Below, one piece after another: positions 1-11,800 of a stretch of DNA of 64,000 nt. This stretch comes from Geosiphon pyriformis uo1 (Eukaryota; Fungi; Glomeromycota): NCBI GenBank assembly GCA_016748015.1, contig JAAOMT010000176.1:496617-560616 (forward strand). The letters are read 5' to 3'. The number at the start of each line of letters is the position of its first letter. Positions within the stretch are counted from its first letter, which is position 1. The notes under the pieces are model-generated. The model saw only the letters and a list, made by a program, of their open reading frames with translations, did no database searches and was not told the origin of the DNA. Position numbers and translations under genes: made by a program.

Positions 1-1
1 A

Positions 2-3000
2 GGAAATATCATCCCACCTCCTCTTAGACCAATAAACCCACCAGCAGAAAACGGCAACGAAATGACCACACCATATATTGCAAGACTAACAGATTTCTCA
101 GGAGAGAAAGAAGAAACAGATGTGCACACATGGCTCAGAGAAGCACAAAAAGCCATCCAGGCAAATAACTGGAACGACCAAAGAGCAATTCAAACATTAC
201 CTTTCTTCCTGAAAGGCACAGCTGACTTGTGGTATCAAAGCCTGGAAACAAAACCCACAAGCTTTGCCAAATTTAAAAATGCACTTCTGGAGTATTTTAG
301 TGACCCAAACGCTGTAATCCAACTACAGAACGAATTCAATACTATCAAGCAAAATACTGGTGAAACTGTCACCCAATACCTTGCTCGATTCAATCAAATT
401 CGCCATCAGATTGAAGCAATTGAACAAGGATACTACACTGATCCTCAGGTTTTAAATCAGTTTATTAGAAAATTAAAAAGCAGCATTTTAGGAAGAGTAT
501 GTCCTGCCCACCCTAATTCCTTACCAGAAGCCATTACGCTCGCCAGAGCTCTTGAATCGGCTGAGAAAGAAGCTAACCATAGTCAAATGGTTAACATAGT
601 AATGGAGGAAAATAAGACAGAAACATTAGAGAAAAGAGTAACGCGATTAGGGGAGGAACTCTTTAAGAAAATAGAAAGTTACCTCATCCCAAATCTGAGA
701 AAAAATACATACCAACCACCCCAAAGATGCAGCCAGGAAGTCAGCAACAGTCGAAATAATCGCTCATCGTGCCAGGAATTCAGAACAGAAATGTGCACCT
801 GCCATTTTTGCAAACGTGTAGGACATTTAATTAGTCAATGTCGAATGCAAATGATACAGGAAGCATGCGAAAATAATTACTACGCGCCACCCCAAATGCC
901 CAGAAACCAGTACACGCCAATACCATGCCAATATCCCATCACATATCAAAATCAAGGAGCTTATCAGCAACAGCCCATGATAGCCAACCCGAATTGGCAT
1001 CCTGAAGCCCGAAATTAGCCCATGTGGAACCAGAATGCGTTGGTCCAGAGGAATCCAAACCACGCTGGAACCAATCAGCAAACCAATCCAAATTACCAAA
1101 ATTATCAACAAACTTACCTTAATATACCAGAAAATCTGATCATCAGAAACAATGATAGTAGAAACATAAACAGAACCAAGAATTCCTTCAAATTGAGCCA
1201 GACAATACCACCAGCAGTTGCCATCAAAGATAGCAGCCTCGCAGCTATTTTTTCTTTTGAATTAGAGGAAAACGAGGCTATGTTCAGTAGAGCAGCATTG
1301 GACAAAAAATGCCTAATCACTGCTATGTATACAGAAGCCACTGTAAACAATACCCCAATCAAACTTATCTTAGACAGCAGATCCGCTGGAAGCATCATAA
1401 CGCTTCAACTAGTAAACCAACTGGGTTTCAAAGTTGATTATGCCGCGATGTCCCAAATCATAACAGCCGATGGAAGTACAAAGCTGTCTCATGGTGAAAT
1501 CAACTCATTCCCTTTCGAAATTAACGGCATAGTAATACCTACAAAAGTATTAGTAATAGATGCTACACAATATCAAGCATTAGTAGGGAATGACTGGCTA
1601 ACAAAAGCCAACGCCACCCTAAACTGGACCACCCAAGAGCTTCTGATCAATTATAATGGCCACCAGGCCAAAATTCTAGCCACCTGTGGCCACTTCCAAA
1701 AACCCAGCGCCAACCAAAGACCTACCTTCGAATTTGAGGAAAATCCAGCACTACCAGCCATCGAAACCTATCAGCTCTCTTGGGCTGATGACCAAAAAAC
1801 AGGACTACCAGCTATACCAACGTGGACCAGCGAAGAAAGATCTGAATGGAACCAGGTAAGTTCACGAAGAAACCACCAGCGACGCAGACCAAAGCTAGAA
1901 TGCTCGGTTTGCAAGAAGAAACTCTCGTCTATGACTGCGTGCAGCGCACCAGACGAAGACCTAAGAAACCCCACCCACTACTATTGTAACTGTTGTAACA
2001 AAGAAAAATATGGTTACCCAGAAAGACACGGAAAATGGGACAAGGAACCGTGCCTCGCTTGTGGAGAACCGTTACCAAGAGGGTGCGACTAGAACAACTT
2101 ACCAGGCAGAGGAGGAATGTGTGACACAACTTGCCAATACACGATCCTCATCTGTAACTGGGTAAGAGGAGGAACGCCATTCGAAGCAGCGTTCAACAGA
2201 GCATTAAAAAGACTACAGCACTACTCACATGACGAGGACGAGTTGTACAACACCACACAAGCCAAAGTAAGAGAAGGAACCGCCAAAGAAATACAACGTT
2301 GGAAAGAGTCAGCCAAAGTAGCCGACAAAGTTACTAGCTACAACATGTTTGACCCAGTGGACAAATTCCAGAACTACTACCAATAACTATGCCCCACTCA
2401 ACAAGAGCAAGAACAATACCTCACTCAAATCAACACTTATCTCTGTGAAAACTGTCTCATCCCGTGCCAAAATCAGTGCTGTGAAGAGTGTTAAGACGAA
2501 AGGGACTTAGAAAGAAAAATGGAAATTGAAAATCAGCAGTCTCAAAATCAATCAATAAATCAACAAGACTCACCTGATGGTCCCGAGTCAGAAAAATTTG
2601 TAGCCTATACCAATCTAGAACAGGTGACCAACATCCAATACTTTGACAATGGGTATTTAGGAATAATACCCGAAAGAGCCCATCTAACCAACACCAGATT
2701 TGATCTATGTTATCCGGAAGACCAATCCACAATGTTACCACCCAGGAGCATCACCAAAATCGACCTAAAAATAGCGGTTGAAATTCCGCCAGGAATAATG
2801 GTTCAAATGGCGTTGCAATCAAGCCTCGCAAAAAAAGGAATAAGCATTCAAGGAGGAGTAATTGACTCTGGATACACTAAAAATTTGATGGTTTTGCTAC
2901 AGAACAATTCAGAAAAGCCTTATACTATTGAATTTAAGGAAAAGATTGCACAAGCAATTTTCCTACCATTGGTAAAAATTGGGAAATTTGTGCCAGTGGA

Positions 3001-4891
3001 AAATCATGAGGAATTGTCACAAACAACAAGAGGAACTTTTGGTTTCAGATCGACAGAAAAAGAAATTGAAGCAAATTTTGCTGAAACAATAGAGGAAAAA
3101 GGCGAAGTAATTAAAAATAAGTGGTCCATCATGCTCCTACCATATGGAAAATCAGAAATAAGAATAAAAAAGACAATTAAAGAAAAAGACCTAATATTTA
3201 AGCCCTACCCAAAAACTTGCCAACAGTTTCTCACAGGACTTACTAACCTTTTTATTCCAGCTAATAAAGCTCAATGGATAAAAATTCCTATCACAAACAC
3301 CACAGAAGAACCCATCTACATTCCGGAAGATACCATCATTGGATACCTCGGAACGGAGCTAGAAAATGCGTCAACACCACAAGAAATTCTAAATTTCCCA
3401 GAAATCGCCCTCTACTGTGAACTTACTTCAATAAATTGGCAACAACTGTTAAAATGCTATCAATTTACGCCAGAAGAATTGGCCAAATTAAACATTGAAA
3501 CAATGGATCCTGACCAACAGCAACAATTAAAAGCATTAATTTTAAAATACTCTGATATATTTTCAAGAAATGGCAAATTTGGAAGAACCAACTTGGTTCA
3601 ACACCAAATCCCCACTGGAGATGCCAGATCTGAAAAACAACGCGCTTACCGTGTTCCACCAATGGAGCATAATTTTATCAGAAAAGAAGTCCAAAGCATG
3701 TTGGAAAAAGGAATAATACAACCATTAATGAGCCCATGGTTCTTACCAGTTGTTTTAGTAAGAAAAAAGAACGGAAAAATTAGATTTTGCGTCGACTATC
3801 ACAAACTAAACAGCAAAACAACCAAAGACTCATACCCAATACTGTTAATTGACAAAATCTTCGACGTTTTTGGAGGAGCAAAATGGTTTTCTACACTAGA
3901 CTTGACCAGTGGGTACTGGCAAGTGGAAATGGACCCAAAGGACAGGCATAAAACAGCATTCACAACACAAAATGGCAATTATGAGTTCAATGTAATGCCA
4001 TTTGGATTAACAAATGCTCCCACAACATTCCAAAGACTAATGAACGTAATTTACTCTGGAATCCTGTGGCAATCTGTTGTTGTCTACTTAGATGATACAA
4101 ATGTTTTCTCGTCAAAATTCACAGATCATCTCCAACATTTACAACAAGTTTTTGAGAGATTAAAACATGCTGAACTTAAACTAAATCTAGAAAAATGTTT
4201 CTTTGGGAAAAATGAGCTAGCATTTTTAGGACATGTAGTTGGAAAAGATGGAATAAAACCAGATCCATCAAAAATAGACAAAGTGAAAAATTTTCCAGTA
4301 CCTCGAAACGTTTTAGAAGTTAGAAGCTTTTTAGGATTCACATCTTACTACTGCCACTTTGTAGAAAACTTTTTAAACATCGCCAAACCTCTTAATTACC
4401 TACTATCTAAAAATGTGAAGTTTGAATAGACTGAAGCACAACAAAAAGCTTTTGAGTACCTTAGACAAAAGCTCATTGAATCACCAATAATGATCTATTC
4501 GAATTTCAACAAGAAATTCAGTTTGGCCACAGATGCCTCTGGAACTGGACTTGGAGCCATTCTGTCACAAAAAGATGATAATGGAAGAGAACGTGTAATC
4601 GCTTATGCCAGCAGAAGTCTCAGTATGGCAGAACAAAACTACACAGCACATGAACTTGAATGCTTAGCAATAGTCTGGAGTTGTGTTCACTTTGACACAT
4701 ATTTATGGTACCAACCCTTTGAGATTACGACAGATTATAGAGGTCTGGTCTGGTTAAATAACAAGAAAGTGCTAAAAGAAAAATACGCCAGATGGTCACA
4801 AACATTAGCACCATATGATTATATTATCAAATACAAAAAAGGTACCAAAAATGCTAATGCCGACTGTTTGTCAAGAATGAGACACACATAA
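2..4891 (+). pseudogene. Gag-protease-Cys-rich-dUTPase-RT-RNase H polyprotein (single frame, broken by point stops)
   Basis: ORFs 62, 1022, 2117, 2519 and 4490 are all in the same frame. Zinc knuckle CHFCKRVGHLISQC; RT motifs LDLTSGYWQV, MPFGLTNAP, YLDD; RNase H ends NADCLSRMRHT*. Confidence 0.93.
2630..3060 (+). other. dUTPase domain within polyprotein (family A copy 1)
   Basis: Decayed trimeric dUTPase motifs: RFDL (AGFDL), QSSLAKKG (RSS), GGVIDSGY, IAQAIF, RGTFGFRST. Confidence 0.9.
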
Positions 4892-4920
4892 AAATTACCA
4901 ACCCACCTGCCACAACAACA

Positions 4921-6185
4921 ATAAACAACCACCTTTACAAAAACCTCAGCCAATACTTGGAAACACTACAAATAGATGAAGAAATGCCAGTAAAAGAGCT
5001 AATTAAGCTCCAAAAATTAGCAAAACACTATTTTATCCAAAATCACATACTTTATTACCAGAATTGACAAAATCCAGATAATTTATTAAGAGTTATAACC
5101 ATGGATGAAAAAAAAACTATCTTATTTAACATGCACTCAGATATTCATTCAGGCCACTTTGGAAAAACAGCAACCATCCAACGTGCAACTAGCCATTGCT
5201 ATTGGCCAAAAATGAGTTCAGACATAATCCAATACATAAAAAATTGTGACCCATGCCAATGAAGAGGAGGAGCAAAAACAACGGAATTATTAAGACCAAT
5301 AAAAGTTGGACAGCCATTTGACAGAATCGGAATTGATTTAGTTGGACTCTTATCAATAACAACAAAAAACAACCATTATATTGCAGTAGCCATGGACTAT
5401 CTCACCAAATGGCCAGAAGCTAGAGCTATTAAAACAGCTAATGCTATTTCCGTAGCTCAATTCGTACATGAAGACTTAATTTGCCGACATGAATGTCCAC
5501 AAGAATTGCTATCAGATCAGGGCACACACTTCATAAACAGCACCTTAAAAGAACTTAGCCAAAAATTTGGAATCAAGTGACCACTGTCATCACCATACCA
5601 TCCTCAAACAAATGGATTAGTTGAAAGATTTTAATCACACATTATGTGAATCACTGGCAAAAATTAGTAACGAACATGAAAAAAAATGAGATTTGTTCAT
5701 ACCAGCAGTACTACTAGCATATAGAACAGTAAAACAAGATACTACACAATTCACACTGTTTGAACTAGTTTATGGAAGAAAAGCCACATTACCAGTTGAA
5801 CTTACTATCCCAACTTATCCAAGTGACACTATCACGGAAGCAACATTTCAGGAAACACTACTTAGAAGAACATATGAATTAATGAGAACTTTAGAAAACA
5901 AAAGAAGAAAAGCAGCACAAAATATTGAACAATCACAAGAACAACAAAAAGTGAGACATGATAACCAGTTACCAGATAATATAATTAGCTACAAAATTGG
6001 AGATAAAGTATTGTTGCATCGTACAAAAATGGAAAAACAGTGGAGTGGAAAATTTGATCACAAGTGGAATGGACCATTTTATATTCACGAAATACTTGGA
6101 AATAGAGCATACAAGCTAAGACTAGATGATAAAATATTAAAAAAAGCAGCACATGGTAACTGGCTGAAATTCTATTACAGTAAAC
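4921..6185 (+). pseudogene. DDE integrase, separate reading frame (3' end in assembly gap)
   Basis: HHCC-type zinc region (HSDIHSGH...CDPC), IGIDLVG, DYLTKWPEA, SDQGTHF, WNGPF. Different frame from RNase H. Confidence 0.9.
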
Positions 6186-6327
6186 NNNNNNNNNNNNNNN
6201 NNNNNNNNNNNNNNNNNNNNNNNNNNNNNNNNNNNNNNNNNNNNNNNNNNNNNNNNNNNNNNNNNNNNNNNNNNNNNNNNNNNNNNNNNNNNNNNNNNNN
6301 NNNNNNNNNNNNNNNNNNNNNNNNNNN
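6186..6327. other. Assembly gap (142 N)
   Basis: Run of N. The equivalent interval in the 33-42 kb copy is about 400 bp, so the gap is under-sized. Confidence 0.99.
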
Positions 6328-6794
6328 AAGTTATTGAAAAATTAGAGATAGCATTGGGCAATACATTAATAATAGAAGAAATAGAAATAAGTGAATTAAC
6401 ACCAGACACATTTAGCAACTTGAAAACAAAATTTCCAATTAATTACTGTTATTATCAACTAGGAAAGCACTTGAACATACAAACATTATACTCAAAAGAC
6501 TTAACTAGAGTGTTTGACAAAACAACTATCCAACTATTAGAACCTTTCATTGGAAAAACCAACATTACATTCCATTCAAAAACAGTTTACAGAATTTTCA
6601 AAGCATTTGAAAACTGTCACAAATTATTGTTGGACCCAACCATGAACATAATAACAACCAACAGTATTGGACAACTTACCAACTCGCAATTTCAAGAATT
6701 ACAACAACAAATTAATAACACAGTATTGAACCACTATAGTAACTTAGAATTTAATGAAGAAATTAACTTCGATTTCGACGGAGCTCAATCTTGA
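6328..6794 (+). CDS. ORF3 of family A (unknown function), 3' part
   Basis: Near-identical to 33895-34335 and homologous to family B ORF3 (FPxNYCY..LGxHxNIQxLY). Confidence 0.75.
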
Positions 6795-6807
6795 AAGGAG
6801 GGGATAA
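6793..6807 (+). promoter_or_regulatory. Polypurine tract
   Basis: GAAAGGAGGGGATAA immediately before the LTR TG. Confidence 0.85.
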
Positions 6808-7684
6808 TGTTATGGTTTAAGAATTTAGCAAAAAGAATCATAAAAATAATACAAACTATTCAATCATAATATAGCACAATAATGATCTTAGAAAGGTAAT
6901 GATTAACATAGTAGCAAACACCATCTCGCAATAGTGGCAAGCACCAGTTCACAATAGCAGTCAACACCAACTGGTGATAGCAGCAAACACTAGGTTGAAA
7001 TATCAAAAAAAAAGTATTACAATGTGTTTTCTCATAGAACTACAAACATGTATATATACAGTAGTTTTAATATTGGGAAATAATTAATCAAGTAATAAAA
7101 ATCATAACTTATCAAGCAATAGATCCAATTTTATCCAACAAACTCCACTTTAAATCATACTTTCAAATTAAATATCCCAAGAAACTTTTAAAATCAAAAA
7201 GAAATGAAAAAGAATATTTAAAACTGAACTATCACAACCCAAAGTATTAAGAAACTTACTTGTATTATTTATTGAATGAAACTATCATTCATCAACTGAA
7301 TCCTTTGGAAGAATAATCCTTGATCAAGATTATTCACATTGTTACTAATTGATAAAAGCTTTATTGTAAGAATTAGAAAAGCACTAAAAGACCATTAATA
7401 TTCTGTGTTTCTAGATTAGAGAAACACATCAGTCAATTGCAAAGATAGCCTCAGAGAAGACCCCAGACAGCGGGTAGATTTCAGTTCAGCCTCTGAGAAG
7501 GAGTACATAAACACACACAACAATCAAGAATCGAAGAATAACTTACATTACAACAGTAAAAAGAAAGCTTTCAGTGTAACAGTGATATTATCACACAAAT
7601 AGAATTGAGGAACTCTCGAAAGACTGATTGCAATTAAAATGGGATATTAGCAATTAAATATAACAAGAAAACCATCCCGTAATA
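6808..7684 (+). repeat. 3' LTR, family A (877 bp)
   Basis: TGTTA...TAA(C>T)A. Matches the reverse complements of 33005-33881 and 41831-42706. Confidence 0.95.
6908..6999 (+). repeat. 4 x 23-bp tandem repeat in family A U3
   Basis: ATAGYRGCAAACACCA... units at 6908, 6931, 6954 and 6977, upstream of TATA-like TGTATATATACA (~7049). Confidence 0.85.
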
Positions 7685-7883
7685 GCATCAAATCTTTTGA
7701 GTTTGGCACCCTGATGGTGGTATCTGCTCTGGTTTCTTCAGCTTTGTCACTGTGGTGCTGAAATCCTACTTCATGAAAGCTTTCCATTATAGGCTGTCCA
7801 TGGCTGTGTGGAAAAAATGGTACAAACCAATTTATCCTAGCGTGGCATGCATCCATTGTGGTTTGGTTGAAAATTCTGACCAT

Positions 7884-8810
7884 TGTTACTTATAGAATAT
7901 AAAAAATATAATATTATTAGTTAGTAGATATTAGCCAATCAAATATAAACATAGTAAATGTGAAATTCCAAGATTTCTCTCAGAGGAATTGCAGGATTCC
8001 AAGAATTTCAGGATTCTCTGACAAGAAACCACAGGATTCCAGAATTCCAGGATTCTTCTTATCAGGAATCACAAAATTCCAGAAATTTCAGGATTTCTGT
8101 CACAAGGAATTGAGGAATTGAGAAATCTTAAATATGTATATATAGCAGTAGTATTAGAAGCAAAAAAGACAAAATCGACACCAAGAATCCTTAGCTTAGT
8201 TACTACAATCCTCAAATAAATAATTATTCACTATATCAAATTTATTCTTTACTATCAACACTTTATGTTGATAGTAACTGATACTTAACCATACTGGAAC
8301 AATAGCTCTTGATCATAGCTATTGATGGAATACTAACTTGCAAATTGCCTTGGCTTATTTCTTATTTTTTTTTTTATCTTTCTTTATTTTCTTTGTTGTT
8401 TACTAACTTGATTAAAGGATTTATTCTTGGAGGACTTATGAAGGAATAAAATTTACTTAAAAATACTTACTCTTGAAGGACTTATGGAAAAATAAACTTG
8501 CTTGAAACAATACTTACTCTTGGAGAACTTACAGAGGAACTGACATCAAGAAACAGCACTAGTATATACTTATAGAGGATATTGTACCAGGAAAATTATC
8601 AACCATCAAGCTGAGCAAGCAATCAATGAAACTAAGGTTTTAGGGAACTACTAATAAACAGTTGCCACTGAATCTCTGTTCATTATACAAAGAACTCAAT
8701 AGGAAAACCTTCAGATAAAATACCTTCAAATTATTATCATTACTAATTGCCTTGAGCACCAAGTTATGGATTTATTATTCACTCGACACCCCAAAGACTC
8801 ATCTGTAACA
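7884..8810 (+). repeat. 5' LTR, family B (927 bp)
   Basis: Direct repeat of 17226-18192. Contains ~40-bp GGAATTCCAGGATTCC-type tandem units and a TATA-like TGTATATATAG. Confidence 0.95.
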
Positions 8811-8812
8811 TT

Positions 8813-8829
8813 TGGTGCTCCTTGTAAGG
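8813..8829 (+). promoter_or_regulatory. Primer binding site (family B)
   Basis: TGGTGCTCCTTGTAAGG 2 nt after the LTR CA. TGG start is complementary to tRNA CCA. Confidence 0.85.
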
Positions 8830-8869
8830 TATAATTCTACAGAGAACCAGCAATAATACAAATCCAAAT

Positions 8870-11800
8870 GTGGCAAAATCAGAAATTATAGGAGCCAACC
8901 ACTTAGGATTCGCAAAATTCTTGTTTCAACAATACAGCCAACTATTAGGATTAAACAATAATCACTACCCCACCAAATCAGCCTTCAACTATTACGTTAA
9001 CAATAAAATTACAGACTGTTTAGAAGGAACAGTTAATATTGAGTCAGCAAGAGAAAATTTCTATACGAAATTATTTCAACACACCAGCTTACCAAGAAAT
9101 TACAGTTTCGCCCCAATTATCAGGGAAATTAATCAAATCATTGAAAGATACACACAACAACAATTTCTTATTACCTACACAGACAAAGGTAAAGAAAGAA
9201 TACAAATACCAGCAGCAACACCAAAAAGAATACAGTTATCTAGTTAGAAGAAATACAGAATAGAATCACCAACAGCTCCATCATATCACTACACACCTGG
9301 AAGTGCCATCAACATTTTATTAACAGATGTATCCATCTCAAATGCGACATCAACATTTGGAAGATTTCAGTTCCAAAGCAAACAATGGAAAGAAGACTTA
9401 CTAAGACCATATGGAGCGTATTTTGAAAGATTTAAATCACAATCTCCAATGCCATCAGAAATTCGATCACCAATACTCCAACCAGATTTCGGAGCCACTA
9501 CTCCATAGAAATTATCAGAGAAAGAAGAGGAAGGAAGTGAGGATCAAGGATTTACTTACCAAAACCTGATCTTAGAAAACTCGGAATTTGAAACCCCAAA
9601 TTTTCAAACCCCAATAAACCCAAATTTAGAAAATTTAGAAAATGCAACTCCGAATATTCAAACATCGCAAAACCCCGAACAAATTAATCAAAATAACTTA
9701 CCTCTGAATATCGTTATCGATCAATCACCAATTGATCTAATAGCCAAACCTAATACACCAACCCATCCAACAACCACATCAACCAAATCAACCATCCCTT
9801 CAACAACCTGCCCAACAGCTGCTTCAACTGCTGCCACAACAACTTCAACAATCTGTGCAACAACAAATGGCATATGCACCTATAACCAAACTTGAAAAAT
9901 TTACTGGCAACAAAGACGATGCACAAACATGAATAAACAATGTCATCAAAGCAATTGTTGCCAATAATTGGAACAATGCCAGAGCTCTTTAAGCGATCCT
10001 CTATTTTCTCCAAGATACTGCAGATGCATGATATTAGAGTTTAGTTGCCTCACCACAGACATTTCAGCAGTTCAAAACCGAGTTTCTGAGATATTTCAGC
10101 AATAATAATAGCATCAACAGATTAGGCAATACTTTCAACACTATCAAACAAAAAGACACTGAAGCAGTCACCACTTACTTGGGATGCTTCCATAAAAATC
10201 TGCATCAGATTTAGGCCATTGAAGCTAATTACTTCACAGCACCATAAATTTTAAATCAGTTTATTAGAGGATTGCACAGCAGCATCCTCCAACAAGTACG
10301 CCCAATTCATCCAGCCAACTTACCAACCGTAGTCACACATGCTAAAGACTTTGAAGCCACAGAACTTGAGACTAATCACGCCCAAGCCGTCAACCTAGTG
10401 ATGAATGGATCATCTGAATTGGACTCCAAATTGAAACAATTCAGTGATTCAATTAATCAGAAATTGGAAGGATACTTAGTTGACAATTGCACAATTTATT
10501 AACCACTTCAACGATGTAGCAATCCAGGAAACTACAATCATTTCCAAAATCAAGCATGTCTCTCAACATTGGCCAATCAGCAGTGGCAGCCAGAGATGCG
10601 TGTCTGTTACAACTGTGGTAAATAAGAGCACATCAGAGCAAACTACAATGCTTATAACCATCTGCAATCAGGAAATCAATATAGAAACCCTGATTTCCAA
10701 TTTCAAACTTCAAGATATCAACAAAATCAGAAACAATATCAACCCACTTACCTGCCAGTGATGCAGCCAATGTATCAAACACCTACACTAGTATATCAAA
10801 TCCCGATTTATCAACTGTAGCTGCAAGTAATATATCAACCACAGCCACAAATCATTTATCAACCCCAATCAATTCAAATACCACCTCAGAACCCAGCTCA
10901 AATGATATCAAGCAATCCCCAATCCAGAGTCACTCAAAACTGGAGATTGGCGATGATTGTTCACCAACCAATCTCCAGTTCATTAAACCCACAATCAGGA
11001 TCATGCCCACAGAATTTGAATACTGGTCACACTCAAAACCCAAATTCCTAACACTATTTAAGTCTCCTGGTTACTCCAGAAGATGCCACATCCAACCATC
11101 CAGAGTCCAATCAGCAATTACTTACCAACACAATTCCACCAGCAACCATCTCCAATGACAAATTCCTAGCAGCTATCTTTTTTTTCAAACTCGAAAAAAC
11201 CACACCAGTATTGTTATTTAGTGGAGCTACCCTCGAAGAGAAACCTATCACAGTGATATACATGGATGCCAGAGTTGATGATCACCCCATTAAACTTATT
11301 CTAAATAGTGGATCAACTAACAGCATTATTACAAGACAGCTCATGGACCAATTAGATTGCCGAGTTGATTGTGCTGCCAGTGCATGCATCATCACTGCTG
11401 ATAGCACCACCAAAACACCTATTGGTGAGATTGATGATTTCCCATTTGAAATCAATGGTCTTGTCACATTGATTAAAGTCTTGGTAATGAAAGCCACTCA
11501 ATACCAAGCTTTATTTGGGAATGACTGGTTATCAAAAACCAATGCTGTACTTGACTGGACAACACAGGAGCTCCAGCTCAGCTAGAACAGCCAACATGTT
11601 TAAGCACCAGCCACGTGTGGCCATTTCAAAGCTCTTTCAAGAAAGGAACCATTAATTGAGCTAGAGGAAAAAGAAAAGAAGCCTACCTGGGAAGCATACC
11701 AAGTTTCCTGGACTGAAGATAACCACAGCGAACTACTGCCCATACTCTCATGGGATGACAAAAGGAAAAAGAAAGAGGAAGAGGAACTTACCTAAGGAAC

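Larger units (their letters stand above)
1..7684 (+). mobile_element. Ty3/gypsy LTR retrotransposon, family A copy 1 (5' part outside window), decayed
   Basis: Gag, protease (LILDS[G/R]S), dUTPase, RT (YLDD), RNase H (TDASG), integrase (GPF), extra ORF, PPT and 877-bp 3' LTR. Colinear with the complete copy at 33005-42706. Confidence 0.97.

Noticed and set aside
1016-1024. Gag TAG followed by in-frame pol, suggesting gammaretrovirus-like readthrough
   Set aside because: Copy 2 has CAG at this codon, so the TAG is a C>T lesion.
7960-8125. Palindromic GGAATTCC repeats resembling a CRISPR array
   Set aside because: Degenerate tandem units without unique spacers, inside LTR U3 in a eukaryotic context, with no cas genes.
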